Shown here: positions 48,395 to 51,484 of the stretch, in pieces | How the letters are laid out: each line of letters opens with the position of its first letter | Position numbering within the stretch: the stretch's first letter is position 1 | From: Chloroflexota bacterium | GTDB taxonomy: Bacteria > Chloroflexota > Dormibacteria > Aeolococcales > Aeolococcaceae | Length of the DNA: 51,484 bases | Direction of reading: 5' to 3' | Assembly: GCA_034666465.1 (NCBI GenBank) | Contig: JAXDLT010000134.1 | Coordinates: forward strand, 1 to 51,484 | Made by a program: the position numbers and the translations under genes | The notes under the pieces: generated by a model | The model's database searches: none | The model's input: only the letters and a program-made list of their open reading frames with translations | Told to the model about the DNA's origin: nothing

Positions 48395-49543
48395 ATGCGG
48401 CGCGTCCTCATGGTCTGCGCGCCGGCCGACGGGGGTGCACCGGAGTGCGCCACCGAGCTGGCGACGCGCCTGGGGGCGCACGGATGGGAGGCGGAGTTCG
48501 CCGGCCCCCCCGAGGCGCGGCGGTACGCGCGGCTCGAGGACGCCGGGGTCCCGGTCCACCGGCTCAGCCTCCTCCCCGGGTACGGGCACCCCGTCGCCGC
48601 GGTGCGGGCGGCGACCGCCCTGACCCGGCTGCTGCGCACCCGCCGCTTCGACCTCGTCCACTGTCACTCGGCACCCTCCGGCGTCGGCGGGAGGATCGCG
48701 GCCCGCCGGGTGGGAGTGCCCTCGATCTACTCGCCGCACGCGTTCCCCTTCGTCGGCGAGCTCGGCGGGGCCAGGCGGCTGGCCGCCGGCCTCGTCGAGA
48801 GGGCCCTGGCCCGGACCACCACGCTGCTCGCCTGCTGCTGCGAGGAGGAGCGCCGTCAGGCGCTGGCGCACGCGCTGCTTCCGCCCGACCGCCTGCGGGT
48901 CATCCCCAACGGCGTCCCCGCCTCTCCCGACGTGCCGGCGCCCGGCTTCCTGGCGCGGATGCGCGACGGGGGACCGGTCGTCGTCGCCGTCGCCCACCTC
49001 CGCCGCCAGAAGCGGCTCGACGTGCTCGTCGACGCGGCGCCGCGCATCCTCCGCGAGGTCCCGTCGGCGCGCATCGCCATCGTCGGAGACGGGCCCAGCG
49101 GACCGGAGCTGCGAGCGCAGGCCCGGCGCCTCGGACTCGCCGGTGACGACCGGTTCGTGGTCACGGGCTTCGTGCCGCCGGCGGCGCGCTACCTGCGCGC
49201 CGCGGATCTCTTCGTGCTCTCGTCGGGGTGGGAGGGCCTGCCCATCGCGCTCCTGGAGGCGCAGGCGTGCGGCGTGCCCCAGGTCGCCACCGATGTCGGC
49301 GGAGTGGCCGAGGCGGTCACCTCGCGGACCGGCCGGCTGGTCGCGCGCGGCGACCCCGCGGCGCTTGCCGAGGCCGTCGTCTCGGTGCTCCGCGACGACG
49401 GCCTCCGCGCCCGGATGCGCGCCGACTCGCTGCGATCCTGGGCCGAGAGCTTCACCGTCGAGCGCATGGTCGCCGGGTACGCCGCGGCGTACGAGGAGGC
49501 GGTGTGCCGGGGCGCCGCCGGCCGGCCGGGGCGGTGCGCGTGA
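48395..49543 (+). CDS. GT4 glycosyltransferase (paralog of preceding gene)
   Basis: DGG, VHCHS, QKR, SSGWEGLPIALLEA. Confidence 0.95.
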   Translation: MRRVLMVCAPADGGAPECATELATRLGAHGWEAEFAGPPEARRYARLEDAGVPVHRLSLLPGYGHPVAAVRAATALTRLLRTRRFDLVHCHSAPSGVGGRIAARRVGVPSIYSPHAFPFVGELGGARRLAAGLVERALARTTTLLACCCEEERRQALAHALLPPDRLRVIPNGVPASPDVPAPGFLARMRDGGPVVVAVAHLRRQKRLDVLVDAAPRILREVPSARIAIVGDGPSGPELRAQARRLGLAGDDRFVVTGFVPPAARYLRAADLFVLSSGWEGLPIALLEAQACGVPQVATDVGGVAEAVTSRTGRLVARGDPAALAEAVVSVLRDDGLRARMRADSLRSWAESFTVERMVAGYAAAYEEAVCRGAAGRPGRCA

Positions 49544-50646
49544 GCGAGGCGCCGGCCACCGCCCGCGTGGTCCCGATCGCGAGCATGGATGCGAGGCTGT
49601 ACGGCGCCTGGCGCGAGCTCGCGGAGTGGGCGGCGGAGCCGAATCCCTTCCACCACCCCGACCTCGTCGTCCCGGGGGCGCGCTGCCTGGGCGATGGCGG
49701 GGAGGCGCTGCTCGCCGTCGAGCGCCGCGGTGAGCTGCTCGGCTGCCTGCCGGTGCGCCCGCTCCGGCGGTGGCATGGCGTGCCCGTCCGCGGCATCGCA
49801 TCGTGGCGCCACGACTACTGCCTGCTCGGCACCCCGCTCACGCGCCCGGAGTCGCTGGAGGTGTCGGCGCGAGCGATGGTGGGAGCGCTCGCCGGCGCCC
49901 GCGGCGGGGGAGGCCTCGTCGCGCTGGAGGAGATGGGCGGCGACGGTCCCGTGGCGGAGGCGCTGGTCACGGCGATGGCGGAGCGCGGCCTGTCCTGCGT
50001 CGAGTGGGAGGGCCACGAGCGCCCGGTGCTGCGGCGCCCCGACGGCGGTGGCACCGTCCCCTCCGCGGGCGGTGAGCGGATCGACCGCCTGGCACGCGCG
50101 CGGCGTGCGCTCGAGCGCACCCTCGGGGTCGCCGTCCGCCTCGTCGACCGGTCGGAGGATGCGGGCGCCCGCGAACGCTTCCTGGCTCTGGAGGCGTCCG
50201 GGTGGAAGGGCCGGGCCGGCACGGCGATGGCCTGCCGCCCGCGCCATGCGGACCTCTTCCGCGCCACCACCGCCGCCTTCGCCGCCCGCGGCCGGCTGCA
50301 GATCCTCAGTCTCGAGGCCGGGGTCCGGCCGATCGCGATGAAGTGGAACCTCCTCGCCGGTGGCGCGGTCTTCCACGTCAAGACGGCATACGACGAGGGG
50401 CTCTCTCGGTACTCCCCCGGCGCGCAGCTGGAGGTCGAGGCGATGAGCCGTTTTCTTTCAGGAGGTGAGCTGTGGATGGATTCGTGCACCGACCCGGGCA
50501 ACGCGCTGCTTCACTCCCTGTGGAAGGAGCGCCGGAGGATCGCCACCCTGCTCGCCGGGCGCGGGCTGGTGGGCAGGACCTCGGTCGCCGTGCTGCCCTC
50601 CATGCGCCGGCTCCGCCGGTGGCGGTGGACCAGGGCGGCGGCATGA
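49540..50646 (+). CDS. GNAT family acyltransferase (CelD/BcsL-like)
   Basis: EPNPFHHP, LGTPL, FLALEASGWKGRAGTA, KTAYDE.LSRYSPG, WMDSC. Confidence 0.88.
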   Translation: MSEAPATARVVPIASMDARLYGAWRELAEWAAEPNPFHHPDLVVPGARCLGDGGEALLAVERRGELLGCLPVRPLRRWHGVPVRGIASWRHDYCLLGTPLTRPESLEVSARAMVGALAGARGGGGLVALEEMGGDGPVAEALVTAMAERGLSCVEWEGHERPVLRRPDGGGTVPSAGGERIDRLARARRALERTLGVAVRLVDRSEDAGARERFLALEASGWKGRAGTAMACRPRHADLFRATTAAFAARGRLQILSLEAGVRPIAMKWNLLAGGAVFHVKTAYDEGLSRYSPGAQLEVEAMSRFLSGGELWMDSCTDPGNALLHSLWKERRRIATLLAGRGLVGRTSVAVLPSMRRLRRWRWTRAAA

Positions 50647-51484
50647 TCGACGTCGACGCCACGGGCCTGCGCAGCGTGCTGGATCTGCGCTCGATGGGGG
50701 TGCGACACCGGGTCGCGGACCACCCGCTGCTGACCCTGGAGGCGCTGGCCGAGCTCGCCGACCGGCTTCCACCCCACGCCATCGAGCGCAACCCGGACGA
50801 CCTGCCCCTCCTCCTTCCCGCCGGCGGCAACCCGCCCGGCGGGGTCGCCGCCCCGGGCGCCGCCGTCCGCGCCGTGCCCCGGGCTCGCTCGTGGATCGTG
50901 CTCTGGCACGTCGAGCGCGACCCCGCGTACCGGCGCCTGCTCGACGACCTCCTCGACGAGGTCGAGCCGATCGTCTCCCGGGACCGGCGCGACATGCGTC
51001 GGCGGGAGGCGTTCGTCTTCATCTCGTCGGCGCGAGCCCGCACCCCGGTCCACATCGACCCCGAGCACAACCTGCTCCTGCAGATCACGGGGTCGAAGCT
51101 GGTCCGCGTCGGCGCGTTCGCCACCGAGGCCGAGGCGCAGCCGGTGATCGAGCGCTACTACGACGGCGGGCATCGCAACCTCGAGGTGTGTCCCGCCGAG
51201 GCTGCCGAGTTCGCTCTCGAGAAGGGCGTCGGCGTGTACATCCCGCCGATGGCACCCCACTGGGTGGAGAACGGCGACGCGCCGCTCTCGATCGCCCTGT
51301 CGATCACCTTCCGCACGCGCGCCAGCCAGCGCCGCGAGCATGCCTGTGAGGTCAACGCACGGCTGCGACGCCTGGGGCTGCATCCGCGGCCGGCGGGCCG
51401 GTCCGGCGTCGCCGACGCCGCGAAGGCCTCCGCATGGCGGCGGTATCGCGCTCTCAGGATGCTCCCCCGCACGTTCTCGACGCG
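50643..51484 (+). CDS. JmjC/cupin-like Fe(II)-dependent protein, runs off window end
   Basis: Not in the ORF track (no stop in window); ATGA coupling; translation gives HPLLTLEAL, FVFISS..RTPVHIDPEHNLLLQITGSK and PHWVENG (HxD...H triad). Confidence 0.85.
   Translation, partial: MIDVDATGLRSVLDLRSMGVRHRVADHPLLTLEALAELADRLPPHAIERNPDDLPLLLPAGGNPPGGVAAPGAAVRAVPRARSWIVLWHVERDPAYRRLLDDLLDEVEPIVSRDRRDMRRREAFVFISSARARTPVHIDPEHNLLLQITGSKLVRVGAFATEAEAQPVIERYYDGGHRNLEVCPAEAAEFALEKGVGVYIPPMAPHWVENGDAPLSIALSITFRTRASQRREHACEVNARLRRLGLHPRPAGRSGVADAAKASAWRRYRALRMLPRTFST

Noticed and set aside
1-51484. CRISPR array, rRNA, tRNA, integrase or transposase
   Set aside because: No regularly spaced repeats or recognisable motifs were seen by eye; short or degenerate elements could have been missed.

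Overview
Very GC-rich bacterial DNA (by eye above 70% GC; gene style resembles Actinomycetota or Chloroflexota/Dormibacterota, not determinable here). In order: (1) the 3' part of an aldo/keto reductase gene and a truncated group II intron whose EBS1/EBS2 match the flanking exon; (2) a module of about 4.2 kb (cytochrome P450, ABC1/UbiB atypical kinase, oppositely oriented TetR, two paralogous small helical proteins) lying between N- and C-terminal remnants of what looks like one broken TetR gene that precedes a DHA2 efflux pump; (3) a MarR-MFS-cysteine hydrolase operon, a SnoaL-like gene and nirB without nirD; (4) small ORFs with a structured leader, a zinc-ribbon ORF and an orphan HicB; (5) sqdB coupled to a GT-C-like membrane protein; (6) a complete type II Wadjet operon (TIGR02677-78-80-79) with a Cys/His N-terminal extension on JetA and a candidate SOS box, next to a truncated enoyl-CoA hydratase and a SNF2-SWIM pair; (7) two two-component systems and a Wzx/Wzy-type polysaccharide cluster running off the right edge. 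I saw no rRNA, tRNA or CRISPR array. All calls come from motif recognition by eye; no searches were run.
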